Shown piece after piece: positions 35,510 through 45,884 of a stretch of 64,000 bases of DNA. The position numbers were made by a program, and so were the translations under genes. The notes below the pieces were generated by a model, which worked only from the letters and a program-made list of their open reading frames with translations, did no database searches and was not told where the DNA came from. How positions within the stretch are numbered: position 1 is the first letter of the stretch; every line of letters begins with the position of its first letter. Source of the DNA: an uncultured OM182 clade bacterium (lineage in GTDB: Bacteria > Pseudomonadota > Gammaproteobacteria > Pseudomonadales > Azotimanducaceae); assembly GCA_905182025.1 (NCBI GenBank), contig CAJJAA010000017.1, forward strand, positions 6,672 to 70,671. Reading direction: 5' to 3'.

Positions 35510-38092
35510 CTAGCGATGGCTCAGCGACTGAATGACGTTGAACCTGACAGCTGCGTCGAGTAATGAGTCTATGCTGTTATGAAGGGTTGTAAAACCGCCG
35601 GATGGGATCCACGTTTCATCAGATTTAGTCATGCTGCCCGATACAGATAACGCTGTCATAAATCGTGCAAACAGACTTCTGTCAAAAAACTCTGGCGAGT
35701 TTATGCCGAAAATTAGCGATAACCGCCGTGCCACATCGAGTGCTGAGGTTTCAATTTCTTTGCTTGATCTTATGTGTTCGTCCGCGATTAACATCATCAC
35801 GATATGAAATCTTTCCAGACAGGGTTCGACGATTTCTGCCAACTCTGACAGGGACGCAAAACCATCGCTGGTCTGGTCAGTCGCTGAGACGATGTCCGCC
35901 TCTTTGCAAGCGAGGCCGACGGTGATTAACACTTCAATGGTATTGGCTATACGTGCAGGTAAATCCTCCGTAGAGATGTTCAAAAACAACTCCTTCGCAA
36001 GGAAAGGATAGATGATTTCGCAGTTTTGGTTTATTTCCGCGAGGCTGACGCTTCCTTTGAATCGAATAATTCTGGCAATCAGAGAAGCCAGTGCAAAAAC
36101 GTGTAGGGTGTTATTACGATAGTAGGTTAATGCTATTGCTGTCGTTGCTGAGGCTGTAAGAATATCGCCAGAGTGATGGCTAATGCGGTCCAAGCCAGAA
36201 ACTTGCTCAGCGTGTTTGATTATCTCAATTTCGTTGAGTGTGGTGACGGTGGTTGAGTCGGCTCGGGTAAGGCGACTGATGGCACGAAGGACCTTTACCT
36301 GATTTCGTAGTCGTTGTTCCCCCATCGCCTGCTTGGGCGTGCACAACAAAGCCGTGGCAACGAGGTTGGTTGGATTAATTGTTGCCGCGTCGTTGATACG
36401 TTCGGCTAGCTGGACTGCGAGTAGATTATGGGCCCGTGTCAGTGATGCGGGTGTTAGTTCTGTGTTGGATGCCTGTTTCCAACCCGGCAATTGATCGTCC
36501 AGAAATTCATTGAGATATAACGGTGAGCCAAAATTGACATCGACCTGCCCGAACGCTTTTTTAAAAGTACTAAAAATGCCGAAAATATCAAAAATGGATT
36601 CATCTTGTTTTGTTTTCCCCGAAAGTTCGCCCTGATAAGTTGAACCCTCAAGAATTCGTTCATATCCGAAGTAAACAGGTAAAAAAGCGATGTTCTTTGC
36701 CGGATCACGCCGAAAGCTACTCACTGTCATTGATAGCATGCCCGTTCTTGGCGATAGCGTGCGGCCGGTTCGACTTCTTCCACCTTCAATAAAATATTCG
36801 ACTGAGTAACCTTTGGTAAACATCAGGTGCAGATACTCATCAAAAACCGCTTTGTAAAGTAGGTCGCCTTGAAATGATCGGCGCATATAAAATGCACCGG
36901 CGCGGCGCAGAATAGATCCGACAACGGGTAAGTTCAGGTTCTTGCCGGCGGCAATATGAGGCGGTGTTAAGCCGTTGTTGTATAGCACATAGGATAAAAG
37001 AAGGTAGTCGATGTGACTGCGATGACAGGGTATATAAATTATCTCGTGAGACTTGGCGATCTCTTTTGGTATGTCGACGTTAATAACATTGATGCCGTCA
37101 TAGAGTTTGTTCCAAAGCCAAGTGAGTAATATTTGGAATGAGCGAATGACACGATAGCTTTGGTGGGATGCAATTTCGTTGGCATAACTGAGTGCCTTCT
37201 TTTCAACCTTCTGCTGGTTTAGCTGGGTTTTTGAAACCTCATTCTTGATTGCAGTTTGGACGGGTTCGCTTTCCATAAGCGTGTTTAACAGCGTCCTGCG
37301 ATGTGACAAATCTGGACCAAGAATTGCCTGCCTCTGACGATTGAAATGAACCCGCAGAAGGCGCATCAGTTTTCGCTTCTGTCGCTCGATGTCAGGCTCG
37401 CTGGCAACGAGTTCAGCCAAGTTAACTGGCTGACTGAATTGAACCATAATATGACTGCGATATAAGATTGCCGACACTAATTTTTTAAATCGGCTGGTTG
37501 CGGTCCAGTTTTCTGAGAGAATGACTTTGAATAAAGACTTCTCTCTGTCTGGCTGATGTCCCCAAAACAGTGAGACGGGTACTATTTTGATCGTGCCTCG
37601 GTTGTCCAACAGCAAGGATTCGTTCTGACTCGCGCTCTGATACTGCAGCAGACGCTGCATGCGAGCAGATTGCTGGCGCAATGTCTTTCTACCAAAGGTA
37701 CCTTCCGGATGGCCTAGGAAGAAGAATGAGCGTGATTCGTGGTCATTAAGCGCCGCAGTTGGTTTTGGTAAGCCCGCGAGTATGCAAGCCTGTTCAAGCA
37801 CCAGTAAATCCGTCGTTGATTGGAATGGCATAACGTAGCAAACACGATCGTCAGGTTGTAGCGACAGATAATCAGCATCATTACCAAGAATAGTAGGTCT
37901 GATCCAAGAAAAGAGAACGGATCTTGAGAGCGAAAATGTACTCGCCTTGATAGCCAAAGAGGTTTTTTTAAGAAAACCGAGAGGTCGATCGGTGGCCGTG
38001 TCGATGATCGTCGAAGCAGAAGAGCCAACCGACACGGAATCCCGCGTCGATTGCGAATCTAGTCGTTCCGATTCGGCCTTATCGTTTTCCAT
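35510..38092 (-). CDS. plsB: glycerol-3-phosphate acyltransferase
   Basis: 860-aa ORF with the acyltransferase HX4D box (PCHRSHIDYLLLSY) and GGRSRTGR. It is collinear with E. coli PlsB and has an N-terminal extension of about 40 aa. Confidence 0.9.
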   Translation of the reverse strand: MENDKAESERLDSQSTRDSVSVGSSASTIIDTATDRPLGFLKKTSLAIKASTFSLSRSVLFSWIRPTILGNDADYLSLQPDDRVCYVMPFQSTTDLLVLEQACILAGLPKPTAALNDHESRSFFFLGHPEGTFGRKTLRQQSARMQRLLQYQSASQNESLLLDNRGTIKIVPVSLFWGHQPDREKSLFKVILSENWTATSRFKKLVSAILYRSHIMVQFSQPVNLAELVASEPDIERQKRKLMRLLRVHFNRQRQAILGPDLSHRRTLLNTLMESEPVQTAIKNEVSKTQLNQQKVEKKALSYANEIASHQSYRVIRSFQILLTWLWNKLYDGINVINVDIPKEIAKSHEIIYIPCHRSHIDYLLLSYVLYNNGLTPPHIAAGKNLNLPVVGSILRRAGAFYMRRSFQGDLLYKAVFDEYLHLMFTKGYSVEYFIEGGRSRTGRTLSPRTGMLSMTVSSFRRDPAKNIAFLPVYFGYERILEGSTYQGELSGKTKQDESIFDIFGIFSTFKKAFGQVDVNFGSPLYLNEFLDDQLPGWKQASNTELTPASLTRAHNLLAVQLAERINDAATINPTNLVATALLCTPKQAMGEQRLRNQVKVLRAISRLTRADSTTVTTLNEIEIIKHAEQVSGLDRISHHSGDILTASATTAIALTYYRNNTLHVFALASLIARIIRFKGSVSLAEINQNCEIIYPFLAKELFLNISTEDLPARIANTIEVLITVGLACKEADIVSATDQTSDGFASLSELAEIVEPCLERFHIVMMLIADEHIRSSKEIETSALDVARRLSLIFGINSPEFFDRSLFARFMTALSVSGSMTKSDETWIPSGGFTTLHNSIDSLLDAAVRFNVIQSLSHR

Positions 38093-39989
38093 TAAAGTGG
38101 TCGGTTAGTTTGTCCAAAGGGTCTGTGCCCTCAATAACGACTTCCCAGACATTGTCGTACTTTCGGGTAGTCTGACTTTCCATATCGCTTGAGCTGGCAA
38201 TCACGGTCGAGCGTATAAACACGAGCAGGTTCTGTTTTTCCGTTCTAACCGACTCGGCTTTAAACAAGTAGCCAATTAAAGGGATATCTTTTAGGAGGGG
38301 AACACCACGTTCACTTTCTGATTTTTTATCTCGGGTGAGACCGCCTAAAATGACGACTTCACCATTTTCAGACAGCACCGTCGTTTCGATTGTTCGAATG
38401 TTTGTGATGAGATCAGCTGAGCCGTCATTACCAATATCAATCGTACCTGTCTGATCGACTTCGGAGACTTCCTGTTCAATCTCTAGTCGAATCGAGTTGC
38501 CGTCGTGGACGTGTGGAATAACCTTGAGTGTCAAACCAACGTCCTCTCTTTGAATCGTTGTAAAAGGGTTGACGGTTCCACCGCTGCCCGTTGTCGTTGA
38601 TCCGGTTCGAAACGGTACATTTTGGCCGACGACAATTTTTGCTTCTTCATTGTCCATGGTGGTGATGCTGGGTGTGGATAGCAGATTGACGTCTGAGTTT
38701 TCTGATACAGCCTGGATGATGAAGGCGAAGCTAGTACCACTTGAATCGAGATTTCCACCACCTAAAAGTGGTCGAGTGCCTAGGTTTGCGGAGGATGGGT
38801 CATTGGTTGCAATGCTTTGCAGTATGCTCGCCAGAACACCGCTAGGTTGGGTTATGGCGATAGGTAGATTTGAGCTGCCCTGATCGACAATCGCGAGCTC
38901 TGTACCGAGTTCCCGGGTGAAGTTTGTACTCACCTCCATAATAACCGCTTCAATAAGAACCTGCAGCCTGCGCACGTCGAGACTAGCAATGATGTCCTTG
39001 AGTTCATTCATCGTTGTTGGGTTGGCTCGAATGACAAGTGCGTTTAAAGAGGCATCTGCATGTATGCTGGTTTTAACATTTTGATTACCCTTATTGTCTT
39101 CGTTTTCATCAGACACAAGATTCTTCAAAATCTCAGCAAGTTGTTCAGCATCGGAATGAGCGAGACGAACCACTTGGATGGTCCCTGCTCGATTTGCAGG
39201 GACATCAAGTTCTTGGATGAGTTCTTCGATTTTCTTCAGTGTTGCGGCTTCACCTTTTAATACCAGCGAGTTGGTGCGTTCACTTGCCACAATTGTTACT
39301 AGGTTTGGACCTTTTGCACCTTTGCCTATTTGTTCTGGGGCTAGTTTTTCAAGTAGCGCCACCATGTCCTCAACCCAGGCTTCTTTAAGTTGAATAATCC
39401 GAGTGGTTTTTGTGTCGGCAACATCAATATCTTTAACCATCTCCATGAGACGGGCAATGTTACTGGCATGGTCACTGATAATGAGCGCGTTTGGCTCGGT
39501 CAGGCCAGCGAGGTGGCCGTACTGTGGAATCATAGGTCGCAGTATTTTTACCAACTCTGCTGAGGGTGTATTGCGTACCGGGATGACTTTCGTGATGAGC
39601 TCTTCACTATCAATATTGTTCGCAGCATCGAGTGGATTGCCGCTTTGCTTGGCAAGCGTTTGCTGGACTATTTTGACGACTCTACCGGCGGGTACCGCTG
39701 CATAACCGTGTACTCGAAGTACACTGAGAAACAGTTCATAGATGGCGTCGGCGTCCATCGCCGTGCTTGATATGACGGTAACGTTTCCCTTTATTCTTGG
39801 GTCGATGATAAAACTTTTGCCGGTGATGGCAGAGACTTGAGTTGTGAACTCACGGATGTCCGCGTTCTTCAGATTTATCTTCCAATTATCCTGTCCAAGA
39901 ATTGGGGCAGCGAAGATAATCAAAATGAGAAAGACTAGACGTCTAGGTAAGTACATAAACAAAAAACACCAAGCGGGTGAAAGGGGCAT
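38079..39989 (-). CDS. gspD: type II secretion system secretin
   Basis: N0 domain (NLKNADIREFTTQVSAITGKSFIIDPRIKGNVTVIS), repeated N domains and a C-terminal secretin domain (VPLLKDIPLIGYLF). The true start may be the internal Met at 39956. Confidence 0.9.
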   Translation of the reverse strand: MPLSPAWCFLFMYLPRRLVFLILIIFAAPILGQDNWKINLKNADIREFTTQVSAITGKSFIIDPRIKGNVTVISSTAMDADAIYELFLSVLRVHGYAAVPAGRVVKIVQQTLAKQSGNPLDAANNIDSEELITKVIPVRNTPSAELVKILRPMIPQYGHLAGLTEPNALIISDHASNIARLMEMVKDIDVADTKTTRIIQLKEAWVEDMVALLEKLAPEQIGKGAKGPNLVTIVASERTNSLVLKGEAATLKKIEELIQELDVPANRAGTIQVVRLAHSDAEQLAEILKNLVSDENEDNKGNQNVKTSIHADASLNALVIRANPTTMNELKDIIASLDVRRLQVLIEAVIMEVSTNFTRELGTELAIVDQGSSNLPIAITQPSGVLASILQSIATNDPSSANLGTRPLLGGGNLDSSGTSFAFIIQAVSENSDVNLLSTPSITTMDNEEAKIVVGQNVPFRTGSTTTGSGGTVNPFTTIQREDVGLTLKVIPHVHDGNSIRLEIEQEVSEVDQTGTIDIGNDGSADLITNIRTIETTVLSENGEVVILGGLTRDKKSESERGVPLLKDIPLIGYLFKAESVRTEKQNLLVFIRSTVIASSSDMESQTTRKYDNVWEVVIEGTDPLDKLTDHFNGKR

Positions 39990-40016
39990 GTTACTTTAAT
40001 TTGAACTCGGTTGGCA

Positions 40017-40973
40017 CTAGTCCGGAATTGGAACAGTCACAAAAAACCGTCGCGTATCTCGTTGTACCTCAACTCTGACTCTCTTTGCTGCAACCGTTTG
40101 ATTTAAAAGATCTTTGTCACTTGAGACATTTCCAACAGGTTTGCCATTAACCGACAATATGACATCCCCCTTCTTTAAACCTGACTGACGCAAGATAGCT
40201 TGGGAGACTTCTGCGCCGATTTTGTAACCCGATGCTCCACTTTCACTAACCGGCGATATGCCTAATTCGCTCAGTACTGCTTCTGGTTCGGTGTCCAAGC
40301 GTTGTTGATAGGCCGCAATTTGTGATTTTAAATTCGATCCCTTTTGCTGACGCTTTAGTCTCGCATTGGAGGCTTCCTCACTGCGCTTTGCGATACGTTC
40401 TCGAACCTGTTTGAGTCGAGCGTTCGGACCGTTAGTTGGATCGGTGGGCTCGACAGAATTTGCGTTAGAGACGGCCTGGAATTGTGATGCGAGTGGATTA
40501 TCGAGAAACGGTAGTTTCTCGATGCGTGCACCGCGCTTAATCAGCACATGGTCATCAAACACGGCATGTAATGTGGCATTGCCGGGAAGCTTGTCACCAA
40601 TTTGGTAGAGTTCGCCGGATTTTCCTTTTTGAGCAATAATAGCGCTGGATTCAGTCTTGTCCTCTGCTGTGAAGACCCCTTGTAAATCCAAATTCAATTT
40701 CGTCTTAGGTGCGTCGACAAGTTTAGGCTGTTCCGTTTCTGCGACAGAACCAAATAGGTCGAGTGCAGCTAGACCATAATTTTTCTTGGATTGACCATTG
40801 TCGGGCGTTGTCTGCGCTGAATCAGCGTTTGTTGCAGGTGTGTTCTCTAATTCTTCAAGGATCAGCAGGGCAACATTGGCAAGGGACAGGCTCAGGAGCA
40901 CAACGAGAGTGACATTTGTGAGAGTGACTAGAATCTTGTTGTATTGGTTAAACCAGTCAACGACGGCGTTCAA
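40017..40973 (-). CDS. gspC: type II secretion system protein C
   Basis: N-terminal TM helix, a central HR-like region and a C-terminal PDZ (GLKKGDVILSVNGKPV). It lies directly upstream of gspD. Confidence 0.75.
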   Translation of the reverse strand: MNAVVDWFNQYNKILVTLTNVTLVVLLSLSLANVALLILEELENTPATNADSAQTTPDNGQSKKNYGLAALDLFGSVAETEQPKLVDAPKTKLNLDLQGVFTAEDKTESSAIIAQKGKSGELYQIGDKLPGNATLHAVFDDHVLIKRGARIEKLPFLDNPLASQFQAVSNANSVEPTDPTNGPNARLKQVRERIAKRSEEASNARLKRQQKGSNLKSQIAAYQQRLDTEPEAVLSELGISPVSESGASGYKIGAEVSQAILRQSGLKKGDVILSVNGKPVGNVSSDKDLLNQTVAAKRVRVEVQRDTRRFFVTVPIPD

Positions 40974-41004
40974 TTGTTCATTCCCTCGATTTAAAAAAGT
41001 AGGC

Positions 41005-41766
41005 CTAAAGAATTTTCTCTTCGAACTCTAGCACAGTGTCGTCAGCTTCAGTATCTGCGGATGTGGCGATGGCTGCTAATTCAAACAATCGACCAAGAAC
41101 CGTTACCTTGACCCAACCGCTTTGAGCAAAGCTTATATTCATGATGGCCTTGTTCTGGTGTGTAACGGACAAATGCGAGACAGGACTGTTGTCGGTGATG
41201 TCGTTCCTAGATGAAAGCTTACCTTGCAGAGGCGGTAGAACAAATTGCTGTAAATTGGTGCCGTTTCTTGCGGTGATCGAGCCGCCCGCCCAATGGATGA
41301 GTCCGGCGATGTGGTTGATCTGCTTCAAATCAGAGGCGAGAGAAAGATCTGTCAAAATAAGCTGATTCGTCAGCGTTAGGCCAAGCGGTACGCTGACGAC
41401 ATTGATGTATTCACTGTCTATGGCACCTTGGATATTTTGTAGCAGTAAATGATCCCTCTCAGCGGAGATGTTGCCGCTTAGTGTGTGATCAGTCCCTGAA
41501 ATATCGAAACTCACTTCTACCCTTTTTGAAAGCAATGGCAGTGCTGATAATCGCCACTGCAGATTGCTGAGGGGAAAGTCGCGGTATCGGAAAGTTGTTG
41601 CTCCACGCCAAACAGTGCCGCTAATTTGATTTATGAATAAGCCGGGCACTGCTGCCATGATTTGCGATTTAGTCGATTTAAGGAGGATATTTGCAGGCGC
41701 AAACACGGCAACAAAACAGATGAAACTCAACAGGGCGGCTGCCCCGTATAGCATGAATTTTCTCAT
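41005..41766 (-). CDS. gspN: type II secretion system protein N
   Basis: 253-aa ORF with an N-terminal TM helix and the GspN-type ISGTVWRG motif. It lies directly upstream of gspC. Confidence 0.7.
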   Translation of the reverse strand: MRKFMLYGAAALLSFICFVAVFAPANILLKSTKSQIMAAVPGLFINQISGTVWRGATTFRYRDFPLSNLQWRLSALPLLSKRVEVSFDISGTDHTLSGNISAERDHLLLQNIQGAIDSEYINVVSVPLGLTLTNQLILTDLSLASDLKQINHIAGLIHWAGGSITARNGTNLQQFVLPPLQGKLSSRNDITDNSPVSHLSVTHQNKAIMNISFAQSGWVKVTVLGRLFELAAIATSADTEADDTVLEFEEKIL

Positions 41767-41772
41767 TATCTG

Positions 41773-42165
41773 TTAAAACCAGTTGACGGTTTTGATGTCG
41801 TCATCGATAAAACGGAACCAACCACCTTCATCTTCACCATCCCAGCCTCCCGTACTGCAGCGAACTTCCAATTTAAAATATTCATAGGCGTCTACTGCAC
41901 ATTCACGATCTGTCTGCCATTTTGTAACATTTCTTTTGAACCAAACTGAAGCGAACCCGCCTTTGACAACATTTTCTGCAACGACACATTCAAATGCTTC
42001 TTGATCGGCATTTTTTAATTCGAAAACAACACCTTCGCGGGTGTCCTTGGTGCCGGTTATTTCAAAATACTGCGACAACCAAGCGGTCACAGCATCGAGC
42101 TCTACACGCTTAACGTAAATTTCGATATCGGGGAAAGCGTCGGTCGAATCATTGTGCTCAGTCAT
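41773..42165 (-). CDS. hypothetical acidic, Trp-rich cytoplasmic protein (130 aa)
   Basis: An ATG-initiated ORF with no signal peptide or TM segment, and no family that I recognise. Its stop is 6 nt from the gspN start, and it begins 45 nt after the dapE stop. Confidence 0.6.
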   Translation of the reverse strand: MTEHNDSTDAFPDIEIYVKRVELDAVTAWLSQYFEITGTKDTREGVVFELKNADQEAFECVVAENVVKGGFASVWFKRNVTKWQTDRECAVDAYEYFKLEVRCSTGGWDGEDEGGWFRFIDDDIKTVNWF

Positions 42166-42210
42166 TCTTCTTCCCTATAAAGACGCGTACAAGTTCCTTC
42201 ACACGTCCGT

Positions 42211-43338
42211 TCACAAGAGTCGCGAGACGATATCTTGGTAAACCACCGCGAGTTGATCTAGATCTTTAATGGCGACACATTCATTTACTTTGTGAATCGT
42301 TGCATTTCGAGGACCTAGTTCGACAACTTGCGTGCCTGTCGGTGCAATGAATCGACCATCGGATGTGCCGCCAGAAGTAGAGAGTATTGTCGTCAAATGA
42401 AGGTTTGACGAAATAGACGCTTCAACCGCGGGAATCAATTCGCCACCGACCGTGAGGAAAGGGACGCCAGATAAGGTCCACAATATGTCATAGTCAATGT
42501 CATGTTTATCAAGAATTGATTGGGTGCGCGCTTTAATCATTGGTTCGTCGAGTTCTGTCGAGAAACGGAAGTTGAGCAGTAGCTCCATGGTGCCGGGAAT
42601 AACGTTTGTGACGCCGGTGCCGCTATGTAAATTCGAGATTTGCATCGAGGTTGGCGGGAAAAACGCATTACCTGCGTCCCAAACCTCATCGGTCAGTTCA
42701 GTCAGTGCTGGTAGCGCGGCATGGATGGGATTCTTCGCGTCGTCTGGATAGGCGACATGCCCTTGAATCCCCTTGAAGACAATTTTGGCGTGCAATGATC
42801 CACGTCTGCCCGTTCGAACAACGTCACCGAGTGCCTTGTCGCTTGATGGCTCGCCAATAAGACACCAATCTAATTGGATGCCTCGCTCTGCGAGCGTTTC
42901 AATGACCCGTCGAGTACCGTTAATGGCATCAGCTTCTTCGTCTGATGTAATTAGAAATGCCAGTGTTCCTTTGTGATCAGGGTGTTGTGATAGAAAGTTG
43001 CTTGCGGCGGTCAGCATGGCGGCGATAGAACCTTTCATATCGGCCGTGCCGCGACCGTAAAGGTGACCATCGACGACTGTCGGTTCAAATGGGTCAGTGT
43101 CCCAATTCTCAAGTGGACCGCTCGGGACCACGTCCGTGTGTCCAGCAAAAGTGAAGTAGGGTGCTCCTTCGCCATGCGTCGCCCAAAGGTTGGAGACATC
43201 AGCGAAAGGCATCGCCTCGACCTCAAACCCTAGTTGCTTTAGATACTCGGCAATGAGTGTCTGACAACCTTCATCTGCAGGCGAAATCGATTGAGCACTA
43301 ACGAGTTTCTTCGTGAGTTCAAGTGTTGAATCAGTCAT
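42211..43338 (-). CDS. dapE: succinyl-diaminopimelate desuccinylase
   Basis: M20 peptidase motifs (FAGHTDVV, GRGTADMKG, SDEE) in a 375-aa protein. Confidence 0.9.
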   Translation of the reverse strand: MTDSTLELTKKLVSAQSISPADEGCQTLIAEYLKQLGFEVEAMPFADVSNLWATHGEGAPYFTFAGHTDVVPSGPLENWDTDPFEPTVVDGHLYGRGTADMKGSIAAMLTAASNFLSQHPDHKGTLAFLITSDEEADAINGTRRVIETLAERGIQLDWCLIGEPSSDKALGDVVRTGRRGSLHAKIVFKGIQGHVAYPDDAKNPIHAALPALTELTDEVWDAGNAFFPPTSMQISNLHSGTGVTNVIPGTMELLLNFRFSTELDEPMIKARTQSILDKHDIDYDILWTLSGVPFLTVGGELIPAVEASISSNLHLTTILSTSGGTSDGRFIAPTGTQVVELGPRNATIHKVNECVAIKDLDQLAVVYQDIVSRLL

Positions 43339-43353
43339 AGCAATCAGGTCAGC

Positions 43354-44385
43354 CTAGTTGTTCGAATGAAGACTGTCATTTAGCTGAATCGCTTTTTTAT
43401 TGGTGCGACATTCAACGATTCCCGTTTGAGAATTACGAATAAACAGCATGTCATTTTGGCCGGAGAGATCACGTGCTTTGGCGACTTTAACGAAGCTCTT
43501 GTTTTCATCCAATACCTGTACGGCAGTACCGGCTGTGATGTACAGACCAGCCTCAATTGTGCAGCGATCACCGAGTGCAATGCCTGTGCCCGCATTCGCG
43601 CCGAGAAGACAATCTTTGCCGATGGTCAAAACAATTTCGCCACCACCTGACAGCGTACCCTGTGTGCTAGCGCCGCCTCCGAGGTCACTGCCGGAGTCCA
43701 TTATGACGCCTTGAGATAGGCGTCCCTCAATCATGTTCGGGCCGATTGCACCGGCGTTGAAGTTTACAAAACCTTCATGCATCACCGTTGTACCTTCACC
43801 CAGATAAGCACCTAATCTTACACGGGCACTATGGGCGATTCGAACCCCATACGGCGCAACGTAGTTTGTCATCTTAGGGAATTTATCGACTGAAGAAACT
43901 TCGAGTAAGCGACCTTGCGCCCTTGCTTTGAGTTGCTCATCCGGCAATTCTTCCAAATCTATCGCGCCTGCATCTGTCCAGGCAACATTGGGTAACTGCG
44001 CAAATATGCCGTCAAGGTTTTGCGCGTTCGGCAGAACCTGGCGATGCGACAGTAAATGCAGTTTTAGATAGGCTTCCGGCGTCGACGTAAGTGCTGCGTC
44101 GGTCTGCAACATACAGGCGACCCTTGGACTGGTCGACATACGCATCATGCCAAGGATTTGCTGTTGGCGACTGTCTGTAACGATAGAGGCCAAATCACCG
44201 ATCAACTTGTCGGTTAGATCGATTGACTCATTGCCGCCCTTATAACCTAGGACCTCGGCAATCTTGCTGACATCGTCGCCCATCGGCTTGAAGACAGGTA
44301 CAGGGTAAAACACCTCCAGCCACTGGCCTTTCTTATTTTTGGTGCCAATACCCAAACCGAAGCTATAAAAATTTGTGAGATCCAT
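43354..44385 (-). CDS. dapD: tetrahydrodipicolinate N-succinyltransferase (long form)
   Basis: 343-aa ORF with left-handed beta-helix hexapeptide repeats in the C-terminal half. The length matches the Pseudomonas-type DapD. Confidence 0.9.
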   Translation of the reverse strand: MDLTNFYSFGLGIGTKNKKGQWLEVFYPVPVFKPMGDDVSKIAEVLGYKGGNESIDLTDKLIGDLASIVTDSRQQQILGMMRMSTSPRVACMLQTDAALTSTPEAYLKLHLLSHRQVLPNAQNLDGIFAQLPNVAWTDAGAIDLEELPDEQLKARAQGRLLEVSSVDKFPKMTNYVAPYGVRIAHSARVRLGAYLGEGTTVMHEGFVNFNAGAIGPNMIEGRLSQGVIMDSGSDLGGGASTQGTLSGGGEIVLTIGKDCLLGANAGTGIALGDRCTIEAGLYITAGTAVQVLDENKSFVKVAKARDLSGQNDMLFIRNSQTGIVECRTNKKAIQLNDSLHSNN

Positions 44386-44584
44386 GTGTGATATGTCCTG
44401 TGACGATCGAAGCGCGACATTATGAACTTATCGCTTGTAAAACAGTAGGTGATAAGCGGAAATTATTCTCAGCAGCAGTTTAGCCACCCTAAAAGCAAGT
44501 CATTGACCAACGGTATCGCTCCAGTATCCGCTTCTTAGCGGCACCTTTAGAGACCGCCTCTAGCAAGTTGATGCCGAATCATAA

Positions 44585-45808
44585 TTATAAATACTGTTTT
44601 TGATCAATAAAGGTTTTTATGCGTTGTGCGGCTTCGACACACTCGTCCGTTGTGGCAACAAGGGCCATACGTATGCGGTCTTGGCCGGGATTTTGATCAT
44701 TGACCACCCGTGACAGATAGCTACCGGGTAAAACCTTAATGTTAGTGTGTTGAAGTAGCTTTCGAGTGAACTGGAGATCATCGCAGGGTGTCTTTGGCCA
44801 AAAATAGAATCCAGCTGCAGGGATGTCCATTGGCCAGCTGTCACTGAGTATGTCGGCAACGGCATCGAATTTTTGTCGGTACAGTATGCGATTCTCAATG
44901 ACGTGTTCTTCGTCTAGCCATGCGGCGGCACTTAGTGCTTGGTGATGAGATGACATGGCGGAGCCGTGATAAGTTCGATACAGCAGAAACCGACTAATAA
45001 TAGATTCGTCGCCCACAACGTAGCCGGAACGTAATCCAGGTAGGTTCGAGCGTTTCGAGAGGCTATTGAATGCGACACAATTTTTGTAGTTGTCTCGGCC
45101 CATTTCATCACAGGCCTGCAGAAGTCCGGGCGGTGGGTTTGATTCGTCTCGATAAATTTCCGAATAGCATTCGTCTGATGCGATGACAAAATCAAACTTG
45201 TCAGACAGATGAATGAGTTTTTGCATCACGTCTATTGGCATCACCGAACCTGTCGGATTGCCGGGTGAGCAAATATAGATGAGGCTACATTGTTGCCAAG
45301 TAGTGTCGTCGATCGAATCGAAATCAGGTTGAAAATTATTTTCCTGTAAACATTCAAGGTAGCAAGGTTTGCTGCCGGCGAGAATCGCTGCGCCTTCGTA
45401 AATTTGATAAAAAGGGTTCGGCATCAAGGTCAGTGGAGCGCCGCCTGAACCATCGCTATCGATCACTGCTTGGGCGAAAGCAAAGAGCGCTTCTCGTGTG
45501 CCTGTCACAGGTAAAACCTGAGTTTCAGCATTTATAGGCGCCTGAGTTAACTTGAAACGTCGGTTAACGAAGGTGGCGATGGCTTGCCGAATTTCTGGGC
45601 TGCCTTTCGTCGGCGGGTAGTTGCCAACACCTGCTTTGAGAAATTCTCGGTCCGCATAGATATCCATTAGGAAATCTGGCGCGGGGTGTTTGGGCTCGCC
45701 TAATGAAAGTGGGATAAAAGGGTAGTTGGATGCGGGTGTAATATCCGACAACAACGCATTAAGTCGTTCGAATGGGTAGGGGTGTAGTCCGTCTAGTCGG
45801 TGGTTCAT
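44585..45808 (-). CDS. dapC: succinyldiaminopimelate transaminase (class I/II aminotransferase)
   Basis: PLP-lysine block NSLSKRSNLPGLRSG. It sits between glnD and dapD, as in pseudomonads. Confidence 0.75.
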   Translation of the reverse strand: MNHRLDGLHPYPFERLNALLSDITPASNYPFIPLSLGEPKHPAPDFLMDIYADREFLKAGVGNYPPTKGSPEIRQAIATFVNRRFKLTQAPINAETQVLPVTGTREALFAFAQAVIDSDGSGGAPLTLMPNPFYQIYEGAAILAGSKPCYLECLQENNFQPDFDSIDDTTWQQCSLIYICSPGNPTGSVMPIDVMQKLIHLSDKFDFVIASDECYSEIYRDESNPPPGLLQACDEMGRDNYKNCVAFNSLSKRSNLPGLRSGYVVGDESIISRFLLYRTYHGSAMSSHHQALSAAAWLDEEHVIENRILYRQKFDAVADILSDSWPMDIPAAGFYFWPKTPCDDLQFTRKLLQHTNIKVLPGSYLSRVVNDQNPGQDRIRMALVATTDECVEAAQRIKTFIDQKQYL

Positions 45809-45842
45809 ATGTTGGCGTTCGCAGCGTTAAGTTAGTGGCTTT

Positions 45843-45884
45843 AAGTGCTTGATTTTAGGTGCTTGATTTCAGGTGCTTAGATTT
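45843..45884. repeat. 3 tandem copies of a 14-bp unit (AGGTGCTTGATTT-like)
   Basis: aagtgcttgatttt / aggtgcttgatttc / aggtgcttagattt, in the glnD-dapC spacer. Confidence 0.85.
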
